This document shows positions 48,671 through 60,285 of a stretch of 64,000 nt of DNA, piece by piece. A model generated the notes under the pieces. That model was not told the DNA's origin. It saw nothing but the letters and a program-made list of their open reading frames with translations, and did not search any database. How positions within the stretch are numbered: position 1 is the stretch's first letter; each line of letters starts with the position of its first letter. Origin of the DNA: Phoronis australis (lineage: Eukaryota > Animalia > Phoronida); NCBI GenBank assembly GCA_002633005.1, contig NMRA01000330.1, positions 248,001 through 312,000 on the forward strand, in the 5' to 3' direction. The position numbers were made by a program, and so were the translations under genes.

Positions 48671-50037
48671 AGAAATCTTTTCGGACTTATATTCCTTAGG
48701 TCACATGATGTGAGCAAAAAGGTGGCAGATTGAACGGGATAAACTACGTGTGACCCTGATGTTGAAAATCGTGGCATGTGAAATCTACCTTTGACAGTGT
48801 ATCATTCGTCCTTGTACTGAATCAGTGTGAGCTGAGGTGACCAAAGTAAATCAATTGTATTCAAGTGTGTAATGGGTCCTGGGGGTTGAGCACAGACAAG
48901 TTCCACTAAGCTAACATTGTTCTTTCACACTTGACCTGTGAACTTTGATCCTTGACACTTCAATTAGAAGATGGAGCTTTGCAGTTGAGTGTTTAAAAGT
49001 ACCACAGCTGTTGCTCATTATGTTGATTTGCCTTTGATAAACCTCACCGTCTTTTCACATTAACCTACAAATATGTTTTTCAACTCATTGTTTGTTTCGC
49101 AGAGTATGTTCAAATCTAATGGTATGAATATTCTTTCCTGGTGCTGTTACATTGTGTTGCACCTAGGGTGTTTATTAGGGCGAATACGGTATCTATCGAA
49201 CAGCCCCGGATGGGCCCCTGAAAGCTAGGTTCTCAAACATAACTGGGCCACAATAGGTAAAATCATTATTTTAATGTTCAAATCTACTAGAGCTCTGGGA
49301 CTCAAAACTCCAAATCTAGTTCAATCAATTTGCTTCATACTGGTATCTTCAAATCAGATATCTGTGTCACAACTTAATTGAGGCCAGATCTGTATAACAA
49401 TTCTTTGCATCCAAAGGGATTCTGTGAGGTGTAAAATTTTGCTATAAATCAATCATTGTGTTCGCACACTACATTGTGTCATACATGTTGGGTGGTTGTC
49501 AAAAGTAGTCAATGAAGTCTGCATTGAGCTTAAGCTGCCTCTGTACTTGTATCACTTTGACACAGTTGTCTTTGATCTTGTTTGATCATTCTTTGTTTGT
49601 ATTGATCATATTCTCTATGCTCTGTGCTCCATTTTGTGGTTGTAATTAGTCTGGGCCGTCCATAGGCTGTTGCATTCTTCAACATCTGGAATTTGATGAG
49701 AGGGAGTTTTCTATACTGTCCAATAAATATAGGTATCCATTATGGAACTCTTGATCTTTCCTTGAATTTTCTAATGACTCTTTCGTACTGTAACTCCGGT
49801 CTGAGCGAAGCATCGACGTAAACTGCGAAGTTAACTGAATCGTTCATGCTGGCTTCAGTACAGTTTACGGGCATCGAAGCAAACTATAGGTGATGCTGTC
49901 ACCAGGTAACATGTGCATCTGGTGTACGCTAAGATTTTTTGGTGTGATAATTAAGAATTTTTGCATGTGGTAATTGACTAGTTTCTTATTCGATTGGTGA
50001 TTATTCGATAAATATTAGCGACAGCATTGCTCCTTAA

Positions 50038-52441
50038 AGACCCTACATAACGGCCAAATGACTTTTGAACATGTTAAATATCTGTATCATTGATCGAAAC
50101 AAACATATCATCCCTCCCTTTACTCCTGGCATTAGCTAATTACGCCAATTACTATCGTACGACCCCATCATGAACCCCATTTAGCGCTGAAAAAAAACTT
50201 TAGGTGGCGCTCGTTCTAATCGACGCAAATGACGTCATCGTTGATACCCAATACCTATCGAACAGTCCGTTGCCACAGGAAGCTTACCTTACGGTGTCTG
50301 GTGCATATTTCAAGTCACAGATTTTCAAAATTACAACTGATAGAGACAACCAAGCTCAAATACTATACGACACTTATCTCGACACTTCCACGTGCATATA
50401 ATATCCTACAACTCACTGTCCCTTGATAGTTTAGCGTCGCCAAAGACAGTAGCCCGTTCTCGGTGGGGACCACTTACTCAGTCTAACATCAAATACTTAT
50501 TCACAAAGACGTCCGGGTTTAACGAACAGATTTAACAAACAGGGTCCCTGCGTGCATTGGGGGACAGGTTTGCAATGAATGGAGATTTGTCGGACCCACG
50601 GCGACATCCTGGCGGAATGCGTGTACCGGAGAATTAAATTTGTTTGTAGTCGCTCCGTGATAATTACGGGATTATGTCGGGGAGTAAGTCGGCGTTACAC
50701 ATCTTAACGAAGCGAAAAGCTCACTCGCAGCACGATGAAAAAGAATGACCCGAGACTTTTCGCACTTGGGTTAGAAAAGTAAAGGCCTAATACCTTGCAA
50801 TGGACGGACGTTCAATGAAAAGTACTGCGAAATGGAAGATTAAGAAAATGTAGGAACAACGTTTGGATGGATTAGCGCCGTGTATGTTCAAGCCAGAGGA
50901 ATACGAGTAAAGTGAAACAGAAGGGGAAACTTACCGGCCAATTGTCACGGAACTCGCTACGGACCGTCATTTGAAGACAAAGGCATTTTACACAAGGCAT
51001 ACGAAACTTAACCCGTAACCGACGCAGCTATCTGCACGCCGATTAGTGAGACCTGCAGGAAAATCTAAGTGCGATTGAGGTGGAAACAAAATATTGAGCA
51101 CAAAGGACAAAGTTAGCGCTGCGAATAGGTTGTCATATTTAAACTAGTGTTCGATTTGAAAGACCAATTGCACAAGGCATTTTATACTTTGAAGTCAGGG
51201 AAATACGCCGTTCCCGTCATAGCACAACCCATCGACATGCTGACTGCACACTTTTTTCAGTGCGTGCCTCCAAAGTGTACCCAAAGCCGTATTGCCTGAC
51301 GTTCACGTGCGGGGTTTATAAGTGCACCCTTTCCCGGCCGATGTTAGATTTCAAAGAATGTGCCACAAAACTCAAGTTGAATCAGCGCTCATCTTATGGT
51401 CACGTGCATTCGAGTATATGCAACACCCAAGCACTTAATCGAGCCAAGCCAGTGCAATATTTTATTTAGAACGGCCGCCGTACTCTTTTGATGTGCGACT
51501 TGGGAGGTGTGCACCTCTACGTTCTCACCGCTGGAGTACGTGATACATTGGCTGCAACACGTGAGTGACAGATGACTCATATATATGTCGCGCGTGCTGT
51601 CCCAGAAAAGAGGGCTTGAGAATTTGTTGTCGACTTACTTTCATTCTGATGCAAGACAAGTTGTGACCGTCGTTTGGCAAGTAACAGCCAAGGGTTGTCA
51701 TCTTTACGTTTGTTTTTTTCGCGATAAAAAAGAGACGTAGGCTACATTCACCCACACCGTTAATTGACGACATTTCTGAGCCACGATCGCATAAAATGGT
51801 ACCGACCATGTCGCGGTGATTTATTGCCGAGGATATTGTTAGTGGATAATCAAGACATCTTACGTGAAAAATAAGTATTTTTTCCACCACAGAGTTCGGT
51901 AAGTTTGCCGTTGTCAGATTCAGTACGAAACGTAGCTGTTGTAGGACCTTTTACGTGGGTGCAAATACTTCGAAAATTGGTTCGTCGTGGGTCGTGAGTG
52001 AATCGATGGCAGACCCTATCCAAGATCTACGCCGCTGTTCGGTTCGAAGGGTACTTTGCCTGACACCATTGTTTTGCTTAGTAATATTGCATTATCAGTC
52101 GACATTCATACCTAACGTCAGCGATGTTTCTAATTAGTGACGTTCCTTGAGCAAAACTACTTTGTTTTTTACTGTCCCAGCAGCCGATCAGGTGCTCACT
52201 ACAGGTTGTGGTTAGCGCGGTAATGTGTTGCTCGTTCTCAACGATGATGTCAATAGACCAGTCTACTGTGATTCGTCGAGAGAATAAAAGGGGTTTCTGA
52301 TGGGGGCACATAATATGGAGTGCACAAAATGCGTAGTAATTAGTTAGTGGTTGTGTGGAATAAAACGAAACAAAGATATGTTGCACAAAAGTATATGTAT
52401 TTAACATATCTAAAAGGCAGTTGGCTCATTTTATAGGGACT
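50038..52441. mobile_element. Kolobok-type DNA transposon, non-autonomous or decayed (2.4 kb)
   Basis: TTAA on both flanks; imperfect ~45-bp TIR AG(A/T)CCCTA..AA..GCCAA.TG.CTTTT..ATGTTAAATA; CpG-rich interior within a CpG-poor intron; no long ORF. Confidence 0.7.
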
Positions 52442-53072
52442 TTAATTGTTGGCGTTATTCTCACCAATGGTACTAGTAGTTTGAATATATACGGACAAGT
52501 ATTTGTGGAAGTGGGATAGTGTTTTAACACTATGACCTTCACTGCTGAACAGACAGCACAACTGAATACTTTATTAGGTGGGCTGTTCTGCAGTGAAGGT
52601 GATATGGGTTGTGTTTGATGACACCTGGTGGCTTGTTACATAAGATACTGTTATGTGTTTGAGTAGGACCCTGGTTTACAGATGTTTGCTGACTGCACTG
52701 TTGAGAGTACTTATTGTGTGTGACTTGCCTCAATCTTTGAGATAGTGGTCACTCTGTGTTACATTAGACTTGCATGAAAGGCGTGCAGAGCTGGCAACAT
52801 GCATTCAGTTTCTAATAAAATTTGATGGAAATGCCAGAATTATTTTTGCTGAAAGACTGCGCATGGACTCTAGTTTCAGAAAGTTTGCATTAGTCATAGG
52901 TAATCTAACTAATCTTTTGCAAGGTAATTCGTTGTATTTTAAGTTCATAAGTTCATTAGGTGTCAGGTAAATATTTGGTATGAAGTAAGGTTTTATATTC
53001 ACTCTGCTCCTGAGACGTTTTTCAGAATGGGAGACTCAATATTCACTATCTTCCAACAATTTCATCAGGATG

Positions 53073-53695
53073 GTGAAAAAATGACACCGAGAAATTCATT
53101 TTTTGCATCCAAAAGGTGGTAAATACCTGTAGAAATTTTCGACATCTACCCTTCCTGATGTCTTCCTCAGTGCATACTAGGTGGCGCTGTACACAGGGTG
53201 TCATGTGTTGCGCTGAGTTTATATCCGCCCTCGTCACGGTTTTCTCTAGCTGCATGATCTGTGATTGCAGATTTATTAAACTCGCTTTAAAGAGGCTTTT
53301 CCAGTGACTCTAAGGTTCTATTTAGAGTCACTGCATCAACCTCGAAATGAATCCTTCACCTGAGCCACTAGAAAAGCCTTTTTAAGCGAGCTCAATAAAT
53401 CCACAATCACGGACCATACGGCTAGAGAAAACGCATCATTGACTTGTTGGGTGTGGTGTCATGGGCTGGGAGGCCAACGATCTAAAAAGAAAGATAAGTT
53501 GAGTCGATCTACATCAGGAAAGAGAGGTCACCTGTGAACTGTGACAAGGGCGCAACATATAACAACATCCTGTGTACAGCGCCACCTAGTATACACTGAG
53601 GAAGACATCAGGAGGGGTAGATCTGTCGAAAATTTGTTCAGGTGTTTACTACATTTTTGGATGGAAGACATGAATTTCCCTGTGTCAATATTCAC
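53073..53695. mobile_element. Foldback element/MITE with ~235-bp imperfect inverted arms
   Basis: 53073-53310 is the reverse complement of 53361-53695; the right arm is interrupted by ~100 bp at 53433-53537. Confidence 0.8.
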
Positions 53696-53981
53696 TTGGT
53701 GGTGGTACTCAATGCTGAGAACAGAAAACTGTTCACCAGTGTGGTGGTGTGTGTGGTGAGGGTTTCCCCGTGACTACCCAAATACATGCATTTTCAGTTA
53801 GGTTTTGTTTCACTGCTGCCACCTAATTAGCATGGAGCTTCTTATTTCACGTCTTGTCACAAACCAAGACAGCAACACGTGGCCATTCTGTATGTGTTAA
53901 AGTCGATTTCATTGGTTGGATTTGATGCAGCTCGTGTGCAACTTTGCATTCAGTGTTTGGTTTTGTGTTGCAGAGAACGGA

Positions 53982-54059
53982 ATGTCCGACGCCGCTGTAG
54001 ATCCAGCGTGGAAGTCCATCCAGAAGGGAAAGGCTGCATTCCATGTATGGAGAATCGAG
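53982..54059 (+). CDS. Villin-like coding exon 1 ([26 protein letters not shown])
   Basis: Acceptor TTGCAG at 53973, ATG at 53982, donor GTGAGT. Confidence 0.88.
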
Positions 54060-57000
54060 GTGAGTTGCGTGGGGGGGGGGGGCTAGCGACGAAAATGCAC
54101 TTTGGCAATCAAATGGTGTGCTCAGTTGCCTGTCAGCCACTCTGTTGTTTGTCTATTTTTTACCTCAGTTGTTTTTGATGTACGAGTTTTTCCAGCACAA
54201 ATGAAACATGTATGCTAACTTTTTTCCTGGAGGAAGATTGTGATTTAATTGTGTGGAGGAAGAACAACGTGTGAAGAGACTTAAAATGTTTTTTTCAGTA
54301 TTTAGTATACGATTTGGCTGAAGTGTTCACGTTTGTAAAGTCCCGTCACTGTGATCAATGTTTGTGCTGTGTCAAAACAACATGGAGTAAAATGACTGTG
54401 ACTCCGCTTAATCGGCCAAGTGACATTGATGGATGTCGCAACCTATAGTTTAACTTGCGAGATCTATGCTACGGGCACACGGGCGTCGCATGGTTGTCGC
54501 CTGTGGGGCACTTCCTAGTTTCCCGTGGGGAGAATGGATACATTTTATGTGCGGAATATCTCAAGAATTTCCACATGTGAATAACATTGACCTAGCAATG
54601 TGCAGTGCATATTGGCATAGTAATGGAAACCTGCTGGTCACATGGTTTCACCTATGATTGTTTATCACAACTGCAGTGCATCTGCTTAGAAAGGCATTAA
54701 AACCCCTTTTCTATTCAAAGCACACTCATAGCTTGTCTTATTTTGTCCCTGTTGGCGGTGCATAAATAGGGTGTGGGTGAAGTAGCTATTGGCATGCTGG
54801 CTATGGTTGTATAAGCCATGCTTGAGAAAATGAATTGAGGAGTTGTCTTTTATGAACTGTTGAAATATTGATACTGTGTTCTTGTTCATTGATCCATGAT
54901 GGGTCTTGGTCCCTCAGTGGATAAGGTGTCCAGCACAACATTAAATGCCAGCTGTGGCTGTATTTATAGCAATAAATAAATTATGTTTGCATTAACCTAG
55001 ACTACTGTTGTAGAGGGCAGCTGACTGCCTCTCACTCACTTTATAATGAATGTATGTAACAGTGTGTGATTAACGGACAGAGTCTACAAAACAAATATAT
55101 AAATTTGTATTAACTAATCAAACTAAGGAGAAGCATGTCAAACATGTAGGGAAACAGCACACTTGACTTACTTACCGTAACACTGACTGAAGTGTCAGGT
55201 AATGTAATACTTTTAGTGTCCTGTTCTCAAGTGTTTGGACAGTACTGTAAAGTTATGAATGAAGCGATGGATCGATGGATCGTTTCTTTTGGATAAAACC
55301 GAGCATACCTGCCGATGATGAAGGTGTGGAAGATTTGATCACCGTTATTGGGTGTATATTTCAGTAAATTGCGCAAAGAGGTCACTACAATCATATTTTT
55401 CCTGTTGTAAAATACTTCGATCATAACGTCTTAATATTAAAACCATTGGTTGGTGACAGAATGTTATCTTTCTACTTATTCAGATTTTACAAGCACCTGA
55501 TGTGTAAAATGCTTGCACCAGTCTATTAAAATGCTGTAAATTTGCATTTCTTTTCCCTGAACTGCTGATTAGCTTTATGACTTCATGCTGAGACAGAAAA
55601 GTATGGCGTTGCCTTGTAATATTAGACATCAAAACCAATATCAAGCCAACATTTCTGTTTTTGATAGTAAATTTCTTCTAGAAATTGCTTCTTTGCAAAA
55701 CTGTTTTTAGAGGACTCATGAAGTGTTGATTTCCACATCATGTTGTGTGGTAGTTCTAGGTGAGCGTACTCGTGGAAGAGACGGCCTCGCCACCTGGTGA
55801 CTGCCTAAGATATACTCCAAATACTTAATTTGGTATCTACCAAGTACTTTGGTGGATGCTCAAAAAATTTGGCAAAAAGTTACTATTTTGGAGGTGATGA
55901 CACCTGCATCATCATGAACTTGGCTGTTGCTCCCTGATGGGCGGCGTACGACTGGGGGATGGGGAGGCCTAAGTCTCCCCCCCACTTATTTCAGTGCTGC
56001 ACCGCCCATGGGCGTGGATGCAGCGTGCCACTGTGGGGCTATAGCCCCCATTTATTTCAGTGCTGCGCCGCTCCTGTCCTTAGTTGTCTTTTTTATTTTT
56101 TGTATCTGTTTTTTGTTGTCTGCCTCCAAACATCAAATTAAGAATCACGATGAAATGTTTCGGCAGTGTTGTCTAACTGACTTAGGAGACACCTACAGGC
56201 TATTTCAAGTTTAGTAGTATTGCTCCCTCTAGTGGGAATATTTAAAATAGTGATCATTCCTTATATCCGTGTTGTACACGATGCGCAAAGTGCGTGTATA
56301 TCAACGCACCATATTGCTTTTGTTGACGATGCAGTGAGCTTTTAAATGATAAATTTTGGCATCAGTTATATTTATTTGAATTTTGAAGAAACTTCACCGT
56401 AATTTTTATTTTCTTTGTCTTCTAAATGTGTGATGAAAACACTGCTGATCTTGACTGATTTTTTCATGAACAGAACTTCAAAGTTGCCCAAGTCCCAAAA
56501 GGTGAATATGGCAAATTCTACAAAGGAGATGCCTACATTGTCTACAAGGTGAGTTGATCATTTAGAACAAAATTGTGCGTTTCATCAATTCGTTCATTAT
56601 TCTTCAGGTCATACCTAGTCACACTTTAAATTTCGCTTCTTGAACGGTGACCCAGTTTTGCATAACTGTCCAAATCCCAACCGTGTAGTATGTACTGGAC
56701 ATCCACTGGTGTTGCTCCACCTGTGTCTTTGATGTCGCATTTTCTTACATTCAGTATAACTTTTCTTGTAACAGTTATACCTTAATGCCATAGAACTTCT
56801 GTAGCATGTCCAATTTACACAAAATTTGTTTCCTTATATGCAAGCCTGTGTTCTAGTTAGCAGATGAAAAAATGTTCCGATGCGCTTGATTGTCATGCTG
56901 TGTTGAGTTAATCTTAATGTTGCACTATCGGTGATTTTCAGGCATCAGAGGTCAGCGGTCGTCTGGTGATGAATATTCATTTCTGGATTGGTGAAAACTG

Positions 57001-60000
57001 TACCCAGGTAGGTATGGTGCTTATTAAACTAGTACGGGATTGCTGCTGAGGTGGAATATGCATGTATTGAATTAAGTGCATGTTTGCTTTCGGTTCAACT
57101 TCGCAAAAGGCCACTCAAAAACGTCAACTGTTGGAAGAGGGTGCCTTAGGCCAAGCCACCATCTATTTTGTAGTCGCTTATGAATGCATGAGCTCATGGT
57201 CCAAAAAGGCATTCTGGACGCATTCCTTTGCAAATTTTGCCATTGGAAATGACTACCTTGTTGTGGACAGCAATACTAACAGGATGCGTTTGTGTAAGAA
57301 GACAGACACAGTTGCAGTGTTCTCACTAGAAGTTTCTTGGGACACCATGGTTGACTGTACGTCAAAATTTTAGATCAGCAGCAGCAGTGTGGCAGGATTT
57401 TTGTTGGGTTACATTGTTACCATGGTAGTCTACCTTTGACTACAGTGACTTGAAATATGTGTCAGTTGCAAAGAACCCAGGTCATGTCACATCCACGGTG
57501 TGTGATCCTGCTCATATCCGGTTTGTCTACTTCCTGTAGGATGAATACGGTACTGCAGCCTACAAGACTACAGAACTTGACGACTTCCTCGGTGGATCAC
57601 CAGTTCAACACCGTGAGGTCGATGGCAACGAGTCAACCCTATTCCGCAGCTACTTCAAGGGGGGCATCATGTGAGTTGCGATGATATTTGTGGCTATCTT
57701 CTCAACAGCAGGTGTCACTCCATGTAGTGTCACTCTTTTGAATTTCACTGCGATGACTTGTAGTATTGGGCCTGGGGTTTCATCTTCGTACTCAAAACCA
57801 AACGGGAAATGATTCACAATTTTTTCAATTCTACTTTTTAGTACACGCTCACAGTAAGTGTGTATGATTCTGTGCTTGTGTACATTAAGGTTTTATGTGG
57901 GTGACTGTCAAATCCTAATTATTTTGCACTTGATGACCTCTGCTTTGAAGCAGCCATTTTGAGTCTGAACTCGAAATCACAAATTTTTACTCTAGTTTGA
58001 AGCTTGACTCTAGGAGTCATCCAGTGTGAACTTGGACTAGATGTGTAAACCACAACATATAATGGAGCATACAAAAATGAAACTGTTATACTGAGATTAA
58101 GTAGATTAAGTAGAATGAAGAATGTCATCACCTGATTGATGTAGAGTACTGTGATTAGACTTCTGACACCTCACACAAATGCATCATTTCTGCACTTTTT
58201 TAAAATATCCATTTTTTCGGAATTAAAACTTAAGACGACAGTGCTTCCCGATTCTAATGGAATGTTCACATGGCAGTAATTACTGGAACAATACGTGTTG
58301 TGAATAACGACCTGGTTGATTTAATGCACATTACACAAGTCATCTGGATTCTGAAACCAAACTTTCCTTGGATTTAAACTTAGTGGGAAGCTGTTTCTTT
58401 TTACTTGAACCAAAAATCCTTCTGAACTTGGACCAAATGTTAAACTAGATAGCCCAGCAAATAATTTAAGGTGCACAATTTGCTACCTGGAAGTTTGTGC
58501 AAAATTAACATTTTCTTCTTTCTCACGAAGCCCTGAAAGCTGCTGCTTGACACCAAGCATAACTTGAGGGTAACTGTTTAGCGTATGTGGCCTATCATTG
58601 TTCATGTGATACTTGTTTGGATTTTCAAATCCCAATGAACACCTGTTTCTGACTGCTGTTTAACTTGGTCACAGGACAATGAAAGGGGGCGCTGCTAGCG
58701 GCTTTAACCATCATGTGCATGTCCAACGTGAGCGCCTGATGATGGTGAAAGGCAAGAACTACCCCAGGGTCAAAGAGGTCGAGTTGTCGTGGGAGTCGTT
58801 CAATGACGGCGACGTCTTCATCCTGGAGGTGCGGGAAGCCTTCTTCGTCTGGGAGGGAAAAGATAGCAGTCGCAAGGAGCGTATCAAGGTAGCGTAGTTG
58901 TGGCTGTGTCACTTACTGTTTGTGGTCACAGTCCTGTGGTGTGGTGTGTGTGTGTAGCTGTGTCACCCACTGTTTGTGGTCATGAGTCCTGTGGTGTATC
59001 TGTCGCCCACTGCTGGTGGTCACAGTCCTGTGGTGTGGTGTACACAGGCTTGTAGCATTTGAACACTTTATTACTTAGATGTCTGCCATGTTTTGGAAAT
59101 TGCTAAATTTGTTATTAGGTATGAAATTATTATCTTGCATTAATTTTTCCTATTCTCGAAGACTTCTAATCACAGATACAGTCTTCATTCCACGTAATTT
59201 GCATTTGCCACCTGTTATGTGTTGCATCAAACCAAAATCAAATCATGACTGTTAGAGGTTACTAATTAATTGAATGAAACCGAACCAGCAATTACATGCA
59301 GTATTAGAGGTTAATTACAAGAACAAGGCCAAAACATCTTGTAGAAAAAATGGTATGTAATAATACTTATTAGGATGTGTTCAGCATCTTCCTTTTGTCT
59401 GTATATCAGGCTCAGATGGTGGCCCGTGACTTGAGGGACAGTCGACCAAGTAAGGCGGCCAAGGCGGACATTATTGTGGTGAGAAGCGGAGAGGAAGAAA
59501 AGATGGATAAGGCTGAACTAGCGGTGAGTGCTGATACTGAGGGTGTAGAAACGCCTTGTGGTGATAGTGAGGGTGTAGAAACACCTTGTGGTGATAGTGA
59601 GGGTGTAGAAACGCCTTGTTCTGATAGTATGGTTGTAGAACTGCCTTGTGCTGATAGTGAGGGTGTAGAAACGCCTTGTGGTGATAGTGAGTGTGTAGAA
59701 ACGCCTTGTTCTGATAGTATGGTTGTAGAAACGCCTTGTGCTGATAGTGAGATTGTAGAAACGCCTTGTGCTGATAGTGAGGGTGTAGAAACGCATTGTG
59801 GTTAAAGTGAGCGGAACTCATTAGCTCTGCTAGCTCATACAAATATAAAAAAGTTTATGTGAATGTGTGCATGGGTAAAAAGTTGAATTGTTAAGCGATA
59901 AATTCAAATTAAATGCAAGACCGTACGTTTTTACTTTGTTATTGACAGTACGTCTGTTGCAATGTATACCAGACCACCTGCAATTATTTTTTGTACTATC

Positions 60001-60285
60001 TGGTGCTTTAAAATTAAAATTTGATATTTCCTTCAGATCTTGTTGCTGTGATACCATAACAAATATATTGTGAATGTGCAAGTCTCATTTCTCCAGGTTT
60101 TCTCCGCCAAACTGCCGATGGCACACCGCCGTGTGAAGACGGCATCAGAGGGTGGTTCAGACGAGGCGGTGGCACGCAATGCAGCGCAAGCCATCAAACT
60201 TTACAAGTGCACTGATGAGGACGGAACGCTTAAGGTCACCGAGGTCAAACAGGGTCCACTGGTCAAGGCAGATCTCGGGTCCAAT
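53982..60285 (+). CDS. VIL1/AVIL-like: Villin/advillin-like (gelsolin family) gene, 5' part: join(53982-54059,56474-56548,56942-57007,57540-57670,58675-58888,59410-59523,60097-60285), 289 aa, continues beyond the window
   Basis: All introns are GT-AG with compatible phases. The protein carries gelsolin repeats G1-G2 and the start of G3: [86 protein letters not shown]. Confidence 0.92.
55936..56077 (+). mobile_element. MITE family D copy
   Basis: ATGGGCGGCG...CAGTGCTGCACCGCCCATG plus a second subunit. Confidence 0.7.
56474..56548 (+). CDS. Villin-like coding exon 2 ([25 protein letters not shown])
   Basis: AG/GT boundaries, 75 nt, gelsolin G1 motif. Confidence 0.92.
56942..57007 (+). CDS. 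Villin-like coding exon 3 ([22 protein letters not shown])
   Basis: AG/GT boundaries, 66 nt. Confidence 0.92.
57540..57670 (+). CDS. Villin-like coding exon 4 (DEYGTAAYK...FRSYFKGGI)
   Basis: AG/GT boundaries, 131 nt, ends in phase 2. Confidence 0.93.
58675..58888 (+). CDS. Villin-like coding exon 5 ([10 protein letters not shown]...RKERIK)
   Basis: AG/GT boundaries, 214 nt, gelsolin G2. Confidence 0.93.
58897..59040. repeat. Short degenerate minisatellite (~3 copies) at an intron 5' end
   Basis: Repeated CTGTGTCACCCACTGTTTGTGGTCACAGTCCTGTGGTG-like unit. Confidence 0.75.
59410..59523 (+). CDS. Villin-like coding exon 6 ([10 protein letters not shown]...DKAELA)
   Basis: AG/GT boundaries, 114 nt. 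Confidence 0.88.
59528..59797. repeat. 30-bp minisatellite x9 (GTGCTGATAGTGAGGGTGTAGAAACGCCTT) starting within the donor site
   Basis: Exact 30-bp periodicity; variant units recur at 90-bp spacing. Confidence 0.95.
60097..60285 (+). CDS. Villin-like coding exon 7 (VFSAKLP...KADLGSN)
   Basis: AG/GT boundaries, 189 nt, G2-G3 linker and start of G3. Confidence 0.92.

Noticed and set aside
59471-59842. His-rich and Thr/Arg-rich minus-strand ORFs
   Set aside because: They are translations of the 30-bp minisatellite, antisense within a villin intron, with no independent gene evidence.
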